DNA of 62,435 nucleotides, filler included, from Hausera hauseri (lineage: Eukaryota), in the NCBI GenBank assembly GCA_046269625.1. It is 11 parts of 11 records of this genome, joined end to end, with 100 filler letters (N's around TTAATTAATTAA, not from the genome) between each part and the next. Parts side by side here need not be neighbours in the genome. Positions count along the whole stretch, not along the records: positions 37,013 to 41,909 come from JBJURY010399589.1; positions 42,010 to 46,117 come from JBJURY010757319.1; positions 46,218 to 55,987 come from JBJURY010293280.1; 8 more parts are not named here. One strand, 5' to 3'. Positions 40,201 through 51,099 of this stretch are shown in pieces (positions within the stretch are counted from its first letter, which is position 1; each line of letters opens with the position of its first letter). The notes beneath the pieces were generated by a model that made no database searches, was not told where the DNA came from, and saw nothing but the letters and a program-made list of their open reading frames with translations. Made by a program: the position numbers and the translations under genes.

Positions 40201-42044
40201 TACAGTCATGGAACAGAATGTTGTTATGTAATCTCGCAAAGATACATCTACTTGTATAAATGGTGATGAAGGCTGAAAAATCTGGTCTGTATTTGCATCG
40301 GAATTTGGCTGATAATGTTAATAGAACTTTCAAAATTTATCGTATAGTTTTTAGTATCGATTTTGGCACGACAATGAACTGCGTAACGAGTGGGATACTA
40401 CTTTCTGATGTGTGATTATTTGTACGTTTAATAGCACGATGTTGTCTGCAGTTGGCCAGAAGATCGTAGTGAGATAGGAAGTCTAAGCCTAAAATTTGAG
40501 TTTGAGTATCTGAACTATAAACTTCCAGCGAAGGGTATCTGGAAAATGTGGTAATGTAAAAGAGATTTCAGTGGTAACGGAAATACGTAGAGCCTGTCCA
40601 TTGGTGGTGAAAAGTTTAGTGGAAGTTGGATAGAGGACAAAGGTAAGAGTGAAACAGCTGCACCTGAGTATATTAAAAATGTGGTATGATGTGGAGATTT
40701 CGTCAGTGTAGCGTCAAAAAGATGGCATTTGTGTAGTTACTGCTGTTGAGTTGTATAAGGTGGCCATTGCCAGAATTTTCCGCAGTATCTGGCGGCTCTA
40801 TACGTTTTTTATATTAGAAGAATTAGACATGTCTGATGTAAAGCTCGCGTCCAGGTAAGCACCGTTTGGTCATTTATTTAAACCTATTATTGTAGACGCA
40901 ACATCGTTCGCGTCAAAATGTTGTGTGTAAAATCTGCAACAAAAACAACATTTTTTGGCATTATGGTTGAATCTAGAATGGTAATAGCATACTACTTGTC
41001 GCGCAGGTGATTGAGCATGTCTAGATTTTACGGATGATTGTTTGCTTCGATCTGCGCTGAAACGACTATGACGCGGCAAAGTTATCGCATCCAGTTGATT
41101 TAAAGTAGCCAACATGGCCTGGTGTAAAGCTGCATTTTTGGCTTGCACTGTTTGTACATGGTTTACTAATTTTTCTGTATTATTCGATGTAAATGTTGAT
41201 TGTAAGGTTGAAATAAGTGTTGGTGCACTACTGTCATGAAAAATTTCGTGGCTTTTATCTGTCAGCTGAACCAATTTGTCTAGCGTCGCAGAGTTCTCAA
41301 TCACAGTGAGGAGGAAGCGAATTTGGATGGATGAAGAGGATAAGAAATAGCGTCGCAGTAGATCAGAGTTATTTGTTGGTGGACACTAAGGGGTTTAATT
41401 GAGAAAGGATGTGCGCAGAAATTCAGAGCTTTTGGTTACCAAGGACGTTCTTCTGAAGTACTCCTGGGTGATTGTGTCAATTAATGGCTCAGTTAATTTT
41501 GAAAACACTAATTACAATAATAATTGGACGACCTTTTTGGGCGCTCGTACGTAGCCTGAAAGTAGTGAGGTTAAAGCATTCCAGTTTCTGTGCAGTAACA
41601 AATTCTAACAGAGAATTCAAAATGGCTGAACCCATAATTAAATTGTTATAACGTAAAATAAATGGAAAATTCTATTCGGGCGATAGTGAACAGCGATTCG
41701 TAATAAAATTGTATTTGATCAAGTCACGGATTAACAGTAATTCAAAAAAAGGTTTGAAAAACTGAGAAAAACCAAAATATTGAGTTTACAAAATGGTTGA
41801 TATTGATCAAGCTGTACAAGATGGATTCTGAAATTGATACTGGAATAAAAAAATTATGGCCGAGATTTCTTTGAGTATTTAAACAATTTTCTTTTTTTGC
41901 ATTCAGAAANNNNNNNNNNNNNNNNNNNNNNNNNNNNNNNNNNNNNNNNNNNNTTAATTAATTAANNNNNNNNNNNNNNNNNNNNNNNNNNNNNNNNNNN
42001 NNNNNNNNNTTCAGTGTCCAAAATTTCTAATTCTATTTAAGATA

Positions 42045-42266
42045 TTAGGATTTCGGATTCTTGTCTCTTTTAAAAGAAAAAAGTTTGCGCTTTTTAACTT
42101 TTGGTTGATTAAGAAGATTTTCTCTTTGTTGCTTTAATTCCAATTGATGTTGGATCTCTTTATTAATTGCGTGTCTTGCAAAAAAGAACTCTAAACGTTC
42201 TTGAAAAACCCAAAGGTAATATTCAAATCTGATTTTTAAACGTTCCCAAAGAACTTTGATGCACAT
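42045..42266 (-). CDS. Small basic ORF (73 aa) just downstream of the LTR and PBS-like site
   Basis: ATG 42266, basic NLS-like tail PKVKKRK; ~75 nt past the LTR end. Confidence 0.4.
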   Translation of the reverse strand: MCIKVLWERLKIRFEYYLWVFQERLEFFFARHAINKEIQHQLELKQQRENLLNQPKVKKRKLFSFKRDKNPKS

Positions 42267-42340
42267 TAAATTTTTAATGTATTTTGTCTTTTATTTGTTC
42301 CCTTGTTTTATTTTGGTTCTATTCAATTACTGAAACCAAA

Positions 42341-43570
42341 TGTTGAAGGAAAGAATTATTTAAACTTAATGTTATGAATTTATTACTTTTAGGTATCGAA
42401 CGTTGGCCTACTATGGCTTCGGCCGTTCACGCTGTTAATGAGAGGGATGTGAAGTTTATTAGTTAAAAAAGAAGGTGTAAATAACAACAAATAGTTTTTA
42501 CACACAAAACAAAAATATTTACCACGATTCAAATGGGAATCTAACCCTGAAACTTGTATCGGAAGAGAACTTCTAATACTGCACAATAACAAAAATAATG
42601 GCACTTTGGCTCTGCGTTGTAAATGATGAGACTAAGAATTGATAGCAAATTTATTCAATTCTTTTCAAATAGAATGGAACCAATGAAGCGAATTCAATAG
42701 ATCCAAATAAAACTACCAACGGGAGGGAATATCGACCTCTTGGAACTAGTTTGAAACTGATTATAAAATCAAATAGGGGGAAATATCAACCCCATAAAAC
42801 AGTAAAATAATCATCATCAATTTTCAATTATTGTTCGATCTGATTTATTTTAACGTTCCCTTTTATACAACTTTATCGCATGAGGGAGTTAACTTCTATT
42901 TTTAGAAGCTTGTAATTTCGTAAAGTTATATCTGGGGGTGTTCTTTTTATTTCTACAAATAATGTGGGGGTTTTTTAGAGATTTTTTTTGTTCATAAAAG
43001 TTTTTGTGGTATTAAAATTTTAGGTGTGGGAGTACTATCTTGATGTAGCGTAGTTGTTGGTAATTTAGAGTTTTTAAAAGTTGGGGGTGTTTTTTACTAC
43101 ACAAGAGTACACTTGTTTGTTTGGTTTACAAATGTTTATTGCAACTTACGCATTTTGTATCAATGTACTATGCACAAAATAAGCGATAACTTAGCAAATT
43201 ACTTAGTGCCTTAATCACTGTTGTTAGTGATAAATCAATTTAGCCGTAGTTTCTACTTTAGGTTTTTAACCGTTTATTTCATGGTAAAGACTACAATCGT
43301 AGTACCTAAGTCTTATATTTTTAGTTTATACTTGCAGCTAACAATACTGATTCAACACGAATTTTTTAGACATAGTGTAATTCACCTACTGTACAAACTT
43401 ATCTTTTTCGCAACATCATACAAGTAGCAATTTTAGTGCTAATAATTGTTACAAAATCGTGTTACACATTACAAGCTATTTCAATTCAATTCTTGTTCAA
43501 TAATATTAAGCAATTTTTTAATTAATCATATGAAAAGTTATGCTTTCCTCAACATCTTCAACATCCAACA
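42341..43570 (-). repeat. Probable complete LTR (~1.2 kb) TGTTG...CAACA
   Basis: Preceded by PPT AAGGGGGGAAGGA (43583-43571); ends CAACA followed by TT-TGGTTTCAG (PBS-like); internal TATAAAA (42867-42861) and AATAAA; alternative end at 42370. Confidence 0.65.
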
Positions 43571-43766
43571 TCCTTCCCCCCTTAAAGAAAATTTTTCGTT
43601 TTATTTCAAAGAGAAAAATTTTAATACGTTTAATTAAATGAGGTCGATTTTTCCTCTACATAAAAATAAAATACAGAGTATATAAAACATGAACATGATG
43701 AATGAAAAAAGATGAACAGAAAAAATAATAAAAAAAAATATACACAATGTTTTTAAATTAAGTCAT

Positions 43767-45839
43767 TTATATCTGTATTGTAGCTCGTACTTCTTTCTGC
43801 AGTTCCATTTCTGTTTCCTTGATTACCGGAATGTGATATAAATTTTCCAGGATGTATTTGTCTTTAGTGGCAAATAAGATCATCCGGAGTTTGTTTTTAT
43901 CCGTGTCTTTTAATACAAGTGGACGACCACCCCTTGGTTTAGGGAGAGGTACCACATCCAACTGGATTGGGATTGGTTGGAATGTGAGAATTGGTTTGTG
44001 ACTGAGTTGTTTTACTGTTTCCAGATTTCCTCCGATTAGTGCCAGGTGAAGAGTGTTGTATATCTTGTTTTTATACACGATGCCAATCGGGATACCAAAA
44101 TTTTTATTTGGAATCACTAGACGGTTATTTGTTATACTTGAGACGGATTGTGGTACATATTGAACGTTTATACATTGGCTAATTTGTCCATATAACAGCA
44201 TGGATAATTCTGTTTGTGGTTTCGGCTCAGTACTTGTTAGTATGTTATCTGTATTATTTTTCAATTGCTCTATTGGAGATGGTTTTTTATTCTGGATCCG
44301 TTCGTATTTATAATTTTCATGATACTTTGATGGAATTTTTGATAGACTGCCATAGTCAATTACATTATTAGCAGGCGGCTTCCAATCGTAGGTCCATTTC
44401 TCGTTTGAACAGGAGTTTTCTATTTTGTTATAGATTTGAATGATACTTTGAAGAATCAATTCTGCCGTTTTTGGAAAACTGTAGTCAAAGCCATATACTG
44501 TGGGCATCTGTGTTAAATTTGTTTTGAGCCCTTGTTCTTGAAACCTTTGCTTGGTATTTTTCGTTGCCAATAGATCCAATTCTCCAAATATGACTTCTTT
44601 TGGGATTCTGAGTGCTTTGAGGATGGCGCTGGTGTTGGCGCTAATAACAATGTATCCAAAGAGATATCGTATTATCTCCTTTCGAACTTCGTCTTCCTCT
44701 GGTGATTGTTGGATGATTTGCAATGACAACCCATGGATATGTTCGTTTGTATTTGAAATTTTTCTCCTGGGATTAATAAAAGACTGGTAGATAATTAATT
44801 GAGTTTCGTCAGCGATAATGATTTCTATAGGTAGAAGATCTCCATTGGAGGCGTAAGCTAATGACACTGCCAGAAATCGGTAATTATGGATTGTTGTTAG
44901 TCCATAATTATAGATATTTTTATCCGGTTGTTGGTAAAAAATAGGCATGTTAAACTCGGCTTTAATATCAGTTGTGAGACATGATTCTATGCCGATAATG
45001 ACTGGTGTTGCTAATATTCGGAAATATAGATTGGTTTTCAGGGCTATTGCCTTAATCTTTATGGTGTTCTTTGGTGTCATTATCGCAATTTTTTCAGGTA
45101 ATCCGTCATAGTTATCCGATTGGGCTCGCATCTGAATTTTTCCTTGACTTAAATGGACGAGGATTTTCTTTGTATTGTCCTCCATTTGTATTAGTCTAGT
45201 TAGATCCACATTGTATAGAGGATTTTCGTATTTCAGTAACCGGAATGAACGATCCGAAAGTGTGTTAGTTTTTAAAGTATTGTCCAAATATTTACATTCA
45301 GGGTAGAAAATGTCTGTGGACTCATCGGTTAGCTCTATTAATTTACTGTAAAACTTTGCAGAATAGAGATTTCTGTTGGTGTCGTATCTTTGGATAAGTT
45401 TTTTGTCATACAACTCGGTTAAAGATCTATTTTTGATCCTGCTTTTTTCGCTTTTCTGAAAGTTTTCTTGTACTGTACTTTGCAATCTTCTTTGTTTTTC
45501 GTCAGGTAAATCATTAAAGGTAAAACCTTTTCGTCTGACTTCCGTCATAGTGGTATACATCTTTGCGATTGGAGTTGAGATAGGTCGCGATAAAATTCCT
45601 CTGTTCATTGAATAACTCAGATTGGGAGTTTGGAAAGTAAATGAACAACTGGTAGTTGGATGTATCATTTGTTGTTGAGGTGGTATAACCCTTCGTTTAG
45701 GGTTAGGGACCACAGTTTCGTTTGAATCATCTGAACTGGCTTCGTCTTCGAACTTATCCAAATCTATGCTGATTTCTTCCGGATCATTATCCTTTTTTAC
45801 AGATTCTGGTTCATAGACTGGCGTGTTTAAGAAATCCAT
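43767..45839 (-). CDS. Intact 690-aa retroelement accessory ORF with an inactive DEDDh (REX4/ISG20-like) exonuclease domain
   Basis: Uninterrupted frame; polypyrimidine+CAG acceptor (45844) just before the ATG; FLAVSLAY..IIIADETQLIIYQSFINPRRKISNTNEHIHGLS..SPEEDEVRKEIIRYLFGYIVISAN..LKALRI matches the fold pattern without the catalytic acids; ends ~190 nt before the PPT. Confidence 0.75.
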   Translation of the reverse strand: MDFLNTPVYEPESVKKDNDPEEISIDLDKFEDEASSDDSNETVVPNPKRRVIPPQQQMIHPTTSCSFTFQTPNLSYSMNRGILSRPISTPIAKMYTTMTEVRRKGFTFNDLPDEKQRRLQSTVQENFQKSEKSRIKNRSLTELYDKKLIQRYDTNRNLYSAKFYSKLIELTDESTDIFYPECKYLDNTLKTNTLSDRSFRLLKYENPLYNVDLTRLIQMEDNTKKILVHLSQGKIQMRAQSDNYDGLPEKIAIMTPKNTIKIKAIALKTNLYFRILATPVIIGIESCLTTDIKAEFNMPIFYQQPDKNIYNYGLTTIHNYRFLAVSLAYASNGDLLPIEIIIADETQLIIYQSFINPRRKISNTNEHIHGLSLQIIQQSPEEDEVRKEIIRYLFGYIVISANTSAILKALRIPKEVIFGELDLLATKNTKQRFQEQGLKTNLTQMPTVYGFDYSFPKTAELILQSIIQIYNKIENSCSNEKWTYDWKPPANNVIDYGSLSKIPSKYHENYKYERIQNKKPSPIEQLKNNTDNILTSTEPKPQTELSMLLYGQISQCINVQYVPQSVSSITNNRLVIPNKNFGIPIGIVYKNKIYNTLHLALIGGNLETVKQLSHKPILTFQPIPIQLDVVPLPKPRGGRPLVLKDTDKNKLRMILFATKDKYILENLYHIPVIKETEMELQKEVRATIQI

Positions 45840-46241
45840 GTTGCTGAAAAAGAAGATAAAGGTATAGCAGGTCACATTTAATGGCTTGCTAGAAGGGTAG
45901 GTGGTTACCCTTCGATATTTTACTGGTCTGATATGTTGATGCAAATCTATTGGTTTAGATTTGCTGGTATGTAGTGTGTGCATTAATACTATTGTTTTAG
46001 TTGGTGTGTATGATTTGGTGTGTTTATTTTTGTTATTAAGTATTTTATCCCTTTCAACGTCGACTCTCCACTCCACACATGTTAGACATAATAGATGAGT
46101 TGACAATAACAAAGTTTNNNNNNNNNNNNNNNNNNNNNNNNNNNNNNNNNNNNNNNNNNNNTTAATTAATTAANNNNNNNNNNNNNNNNNNNNNNNNNNN
46201 NNNNNNNNNNNNNNNNNTTTTAGTTTAACATTTACTTTAAT

Positions 46242-46842
46242 TTGTTTTTCATTCAGAAATGTTTGCAATATCCCATGTATTGCATCCCTTGCATACATAA
46301 GGGTGGACAGTGCCACAAGGAAATGTTCAAATGTTATTCAGTGGCCAAGGACACGTACCTGTGTCCCGTGTGTTTTATTCAAAAGACGTGTCCGTACGCC
46401 GACTTTTATAAGATGCACAAGCATATTCTCAGTCCGTTCACGCGATCCAAGACTAATCACGTTCATTGCCCCACAGTTACGTTACTGTACTTTTAAGGTG
46501 CATGGCGTTGATGGTTACCCTAGTGCAATGGAGCAGTTCTATGGTACAACAACAACAACAACCACAACGGTGCACGGTAAACGGGCCTATGTAGGCCCCG
46601 GTTGTTCTATAGTTGAGACGCAAGTCAACTATGAACAATTCTACAACAACCACATGGACCACTTGAACCAGTTTCAGAAGTCCAAAAAAGAAATATTAAT
46701 GGACTTAGCAAAAGTAGCATCAGCAGCAGGAAACGTTAAGCATCAGCAAGCCTTGACGAATACTTTCAAAACAACGGAAGTCAGAAACAGCAGAAGCAGC
46801 AGCAGGAAAATGAACCGCCCATTACTGTCAAGTACGACCTGA
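46242..46842 (+). pseudogene. Cys/His-rich frames upstream of PolB, probably the frameshifted N-terminus of the same gene
   Basis: CIPC..CHKEMFKC..YLCPVC..MHKH; same codon style as the downstream polymerase. Confidence 0.4.
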
Positions 46843-46849
46843 ACAGATC

Positions 46850-49800
46850 GTACGTGGACATGAAGGTGGACATATCGGCGAAAACAGCAAAGCAGTTGAA
46901 GGATGTACCCGCTAATGTGCGTAACCGGTTGGAATCAGAGGTGGCCAATTTCCAACAACAACACTACAGCAAAGTGCAATATTATGCACTTGCAGAATTT
47001 GCAAATCTGCAGGGTGACAGGGAACAATGGTACCTTTCTCATCGAGCCGTACCATACTCTGAGGATTTTATTGCCGATTTAGGCGAAAAGCTTCACGAAA
47101 AAAATCGCCAGCTACACCGAAAAGGGAGGTGATGGCGAATTGTAAAGATTGTCACTCTCGACTTTATTCTGACCAAGACGAGTGACATGATTTACCTGTC
47201 CGGACGTTCATTCATACCAACACCTGCATCCTTGAAGCAGTCTCTGGCGGTAGTGAATGTACAAAATACTAACGACGAATAATGCTTTATTTACAGCATT
47301 CTGGCCATATTGAAATATGATCGTGTCCAGACATCATGCAAATTGTCCAAAGCAGTACAGTAAGTATTTCTCAGAATTGGACTACGACGAGTGTTGGATG
47401 CCGATGAAACACAAAACCATTCCGGCATTTGCACGACGTAATCAGACACTGGTAGTCAACGTGTTCCGGTTCAACACAATCGTAGAATCCTCACGTGGAC
47501 ATAATTTGCCGCAGTCGAAATCCTATTGGACGCCCAGTAAATTTGTTGCTGTTGGAGAATGGAGAAAAGTTTCATTACACGGCCGTGAACAATTTGGACA
47601 GATTGTTGAACATGGAGCATGACCAGTTCATCAAAAAGCGTATACGGCGCAAATGGTGTTCCGTGTGTCTGCATGGATTCCGATCAAATGAGATATGGGA
47701 AAAGCATGTGGCGCTGTGCAGACAAACTTCGTAAGGAACCACAATGTATGTTATGCCAGTCAAAAAGGAGTTGAGATTCAGTGACTGGTCAAAAACGGAC
47801 AGTCCGGCATATGCGGTGTATGCCGATATCGAAGCAATTCTACCACGGCTCAATGTATTCGATCAAAAGCACGTTCTAATTTCCGTTCATATGTTGCTAG
47901 TACCAATAAAGGCCTCCGGGCAACCGCGGTATTACGTTTTCCATGGTTGGAACTGTGTACGTGATTTCTTGCAGCAGGTGAAACCATAGTGGAAACGGAA
48001 ATCGCGCCGTGGTATCGCAACAATTGCAATAAGCCATTGGTTTCGGCAGACGAATATCAACCGCTGCTTTTCGCTGTCACTGATGAATGCTATCGTGCCA
48101 CAAAATAATACCGTTTGATGCACAGGAACGGCTCGTACTTGCGGTCGATACTTGCGAGCAGCATGCAATTCATGCAATTCAGCAAGGCGAGTGCGACCAT
48201 TCCTGCCGGTGATCTTTCATAATTTCCGAGGCTATGATTGTCACCATATTCTCAAATGGGACATTAACGGCTTTCCATACTGGGATCTATGCATAATCTC
48301 AACGACAATGGAGAAATACCTATCGCTGTCGGCATGAGTAAACCGATTTCAGGTACGCTTCCTTGATTCATTGCAATTTCTCAATGAATCATTGGCAAAG
48401 CTGGTAAATGCCTTATCAGAGGTGCCGATACCACCGACGCAGTTCCCTGCATATATTGCACGCAGCAAATGCATATTTCCATATGACCTTGAAACATCGT
48501 ATGAGCGACTCCGGACAGCAGAGGAATTACCGCCGTGATGGACAGGTATCGTAGAAGATGAATATCTGAGAGTACAAGAATCTTGGACAGAACTTGGCTG
48601 TAGAGACATGTTAAATTACATGTGCCAGTATCTTAAACTGGACGTGTACTTATTAGCCGACGTGTTCAAAGCATTTCGGACCAAAGCGCTGGCGGAAGAT
48701 AGGTTGGAGCCACTCAACTTTTATTCCATACCTGCATTGAGTTAGGCGTCAGCTCTAATGTCGCTGGATCGAGACATTGAGCTGCAGCAAGACCCGGAAA
48801 TGTACCAAATGTTTGATGTCAGTATTCTCGGCTACATGACATTTGTCAACAAGCATCAGGTCAATGCTACCGATATCACATCACTGCTGTATATTGATAT
48901 TAATAACCTGTACGGCTGGTCGCTTTCGCAACCCTTGTTGTACGGTTCATTTGAGTGGGTAGTCGACAGACAAGATCTGGACCACATAATTGTCAATCTA
49001 CCACGAGCAAACATAACAGGCTCAGTCGGATACCTGATGGAAGTCGATCTCGAGATACCGGATGAGCTGCATGACGATTTGGACGATTTACCGGTCGCAC
49101 CACTTAACCAATATCCGCCAGGCTCAAAAGTGAAGGAACTGCCCATGACTCACGAACCGAAGCAGAATTACGTGGTCCACTGGCGTTTGCTACAGTTCTA
49201 CATGCAACTCGGTGTACGCGTCACACAGCTGCATCGTGCAATCCGATTTTCTCAGGCTCACATATTCAAGGCGTACATAGATGGAAATTCGACGTAACAA
49301 GCCGCAGCTTGTACAAAGTTCGAAAATTACAACTACAAGCTGAAAAACAATTCCCTGTACGGAACAACAGTGGAGAATCTGAAAAAGCGGCTTAATGTAC
49401 GCCTATGCAATAGCGAAAAGCGGTTGGTCACGTACACAAGTAAGGCACAGTTACGGCTGACAATGCACATTGCCGACGGATTGGTTGCGGTGCTGCTAAA
49501 CATGGAAGAATTCGTTCTGGACCGGCCAAGTTACATCGGACAATTGGTATTGAACCTGAGCAAGTTGAGGATGTATGAGATGCAGTATCGCGACTTGGTA
49601 CGTTACCGGCAAATGTTTGACGGCTGCAATATTGATATAATTAACTGTGACACAGATAGTTTTTTCCTGCGGCTGAAAAACGTCAATCACGAACAAGTGC
49701 TGCAGCAAATGATGGCAGACGGATTACTGGATACGTCCAATTACCCACAGAATTATCCATTGTACAGCTACGCCATCACAAACAAAATCAGCTGCTTCGA

Positions 49801-50089
49801 GGATGAAAGTGAAGGTCGGGTTCAGTATCGGGAATGCATATTTTTACGGCCAAAATGTTATAGCCAAAGGAGTTCAGTTGACCCAGACGGAAATAAACCA
49901 TGGTAATTATCGCCGTGCCTATGAAGGAGGACAATCAAAACTGTTGTGTCTCAAACAATCATCCGATCAATTGATCTCCAGCTGTATACGGTGACCAATA
50001 CAAAAGTCGCTTTATCATGCAATAATGATAGTCGAAAATGGGTGGGGCGAAATAAGAGTTGGGTGTACGGATATTGGAGTTTGATATAA
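46850..50089 (+). pseudogene. Polinton/Maverick-adintovirus type protein-primed DNA polymerase B with an endonuclease VII-like insert
   Basis: CFIYSILA, CSVCLHGF, YADIEA, AACNSCN, FHNFRGYDCH, RFLDSLQFL, KCIFPYD, YLKLDVYLLADVF, YIDINNLYG, KLKNNSLYG, CDTDSF, LRPKCYS, AKGV; multiple stops and frameshifts. Confidence 0.9.
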
Positions 50090-50964
50090 CACACCTTTAG
50101 TGTTCACAAACAGTTCAATACAAACATGCAATTCAGTCCAGCTAGATCATTGGCATTTTTGATCTTTATTTTACATTCATATGCTGTACATGTTTTGTTA
50201 TATGTGATCAATAATGTATTTGTACACTAGTTTTTGTCTTTTGTTTAATAACAAGGAAATGGGGCTTAAGTTGGGTTATCGAAAATAAATTAAAAAATCT
50301 CATATTACTCAAAACTCAAATACTTTTCATTATTAATCTAAATGACAACACCAAAAACTGAAATAAGTTTTATTATAGTAGGTTTATGTGAGCGCACGAG
50401 AATCACACCTGTGAATCAGAGTATACAATTTGTTATTACAATTAATACTGCAACGACGAACCACATGCAATCATATTGATCAAGAGCTACACTAAAATAA
50501 GAACATTTTTGTTAGTAAATTGGCATTTCAAACTATACGTAAATGAACGATCTAGCATAACGTATAATGATCAGTAAGTTAACTTATGTCTAAACAATTT
50601 GTCCAATAATTAAATTAAATAATTAAAGTTTAACTTCGTTTATAAAAATTAATATTTCATTACTCTTAGAAAACGCTGCGATGCATTCTAAACAGCACTA
50701 TTATTTCTTTGATTTATCCTTTATTATTATTTTCACAATTCCATTTAAAAATACTAAAGTAAATGAATGCGAATAAAAGATTACAAAATCCGTTAATTCC
50801 CAACTATTAAGATTATGTATATAAGAAATAAAAATATATGGATTAATTGATAAATTGAAAAAAAAATTTGTAGCTTGAAAAGAATAAATGATTGTTTCTC
50901 GTCTGTTCTCTTCTCGTCGGAATTTATCCTTCTCATTGGATTCACTTACTACATTGGATTTATT

Positions 50965-50989
50965 TTCTACAATTGGTGTCAGAAGTGGA
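50965..50989 (+). promoter_or_regulatory. LTR 3' terminus (...TCTACA) plus tRNA-Leu-type primer binding site TGGTGTCAGAAGTGG
   Basis: TTCTACA AT TGGTGTCAGAAGTGGA; AATAAA ~85 nt upstream. Confidence 0.75.
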
Positions 50990-51099
50990 TTAAAAAAGCA
51001 AGAATTGAAATTTTATTCAGACTTCAAAATTAGCATTTTAACGGATGCTTTGAAGTTTTGTTATTTTTTCATGAGAAACTGCGCATTAGATTGAGAATA

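Larger units (their letters stand above)
37013..41490 (-). mobile_element. Decayed Ty3/Gypsy element (gag 3' half, PR, RT, RH, IN, PPT, LTR); 5' part missing
   Basis: CYYHSRFNHNAKKCCFCC, RT, RH TTDAS/TDHKPL, IN HHPG..CIAC, VHLDLVGPL, ITDQGPQF, ANGLLERFH, GPY motif; Gypsy domain order. Confidence 0.93.

Noticed and set aside
45840-46112. N-terminal 91 aa of the listed 781-aa ORF
   Set aside because: Non-ATG start at the scaffold edge; the splice acceptor and ATG at 45839 are the better start
14170-50089. A single giant viral element containing the TBP-like gene, exonuclease ORF and PolB
   Set aside because: These lie on separate scaffolds; the exonuclease ORF has LTR/PPT context; linkage cannot be inferred
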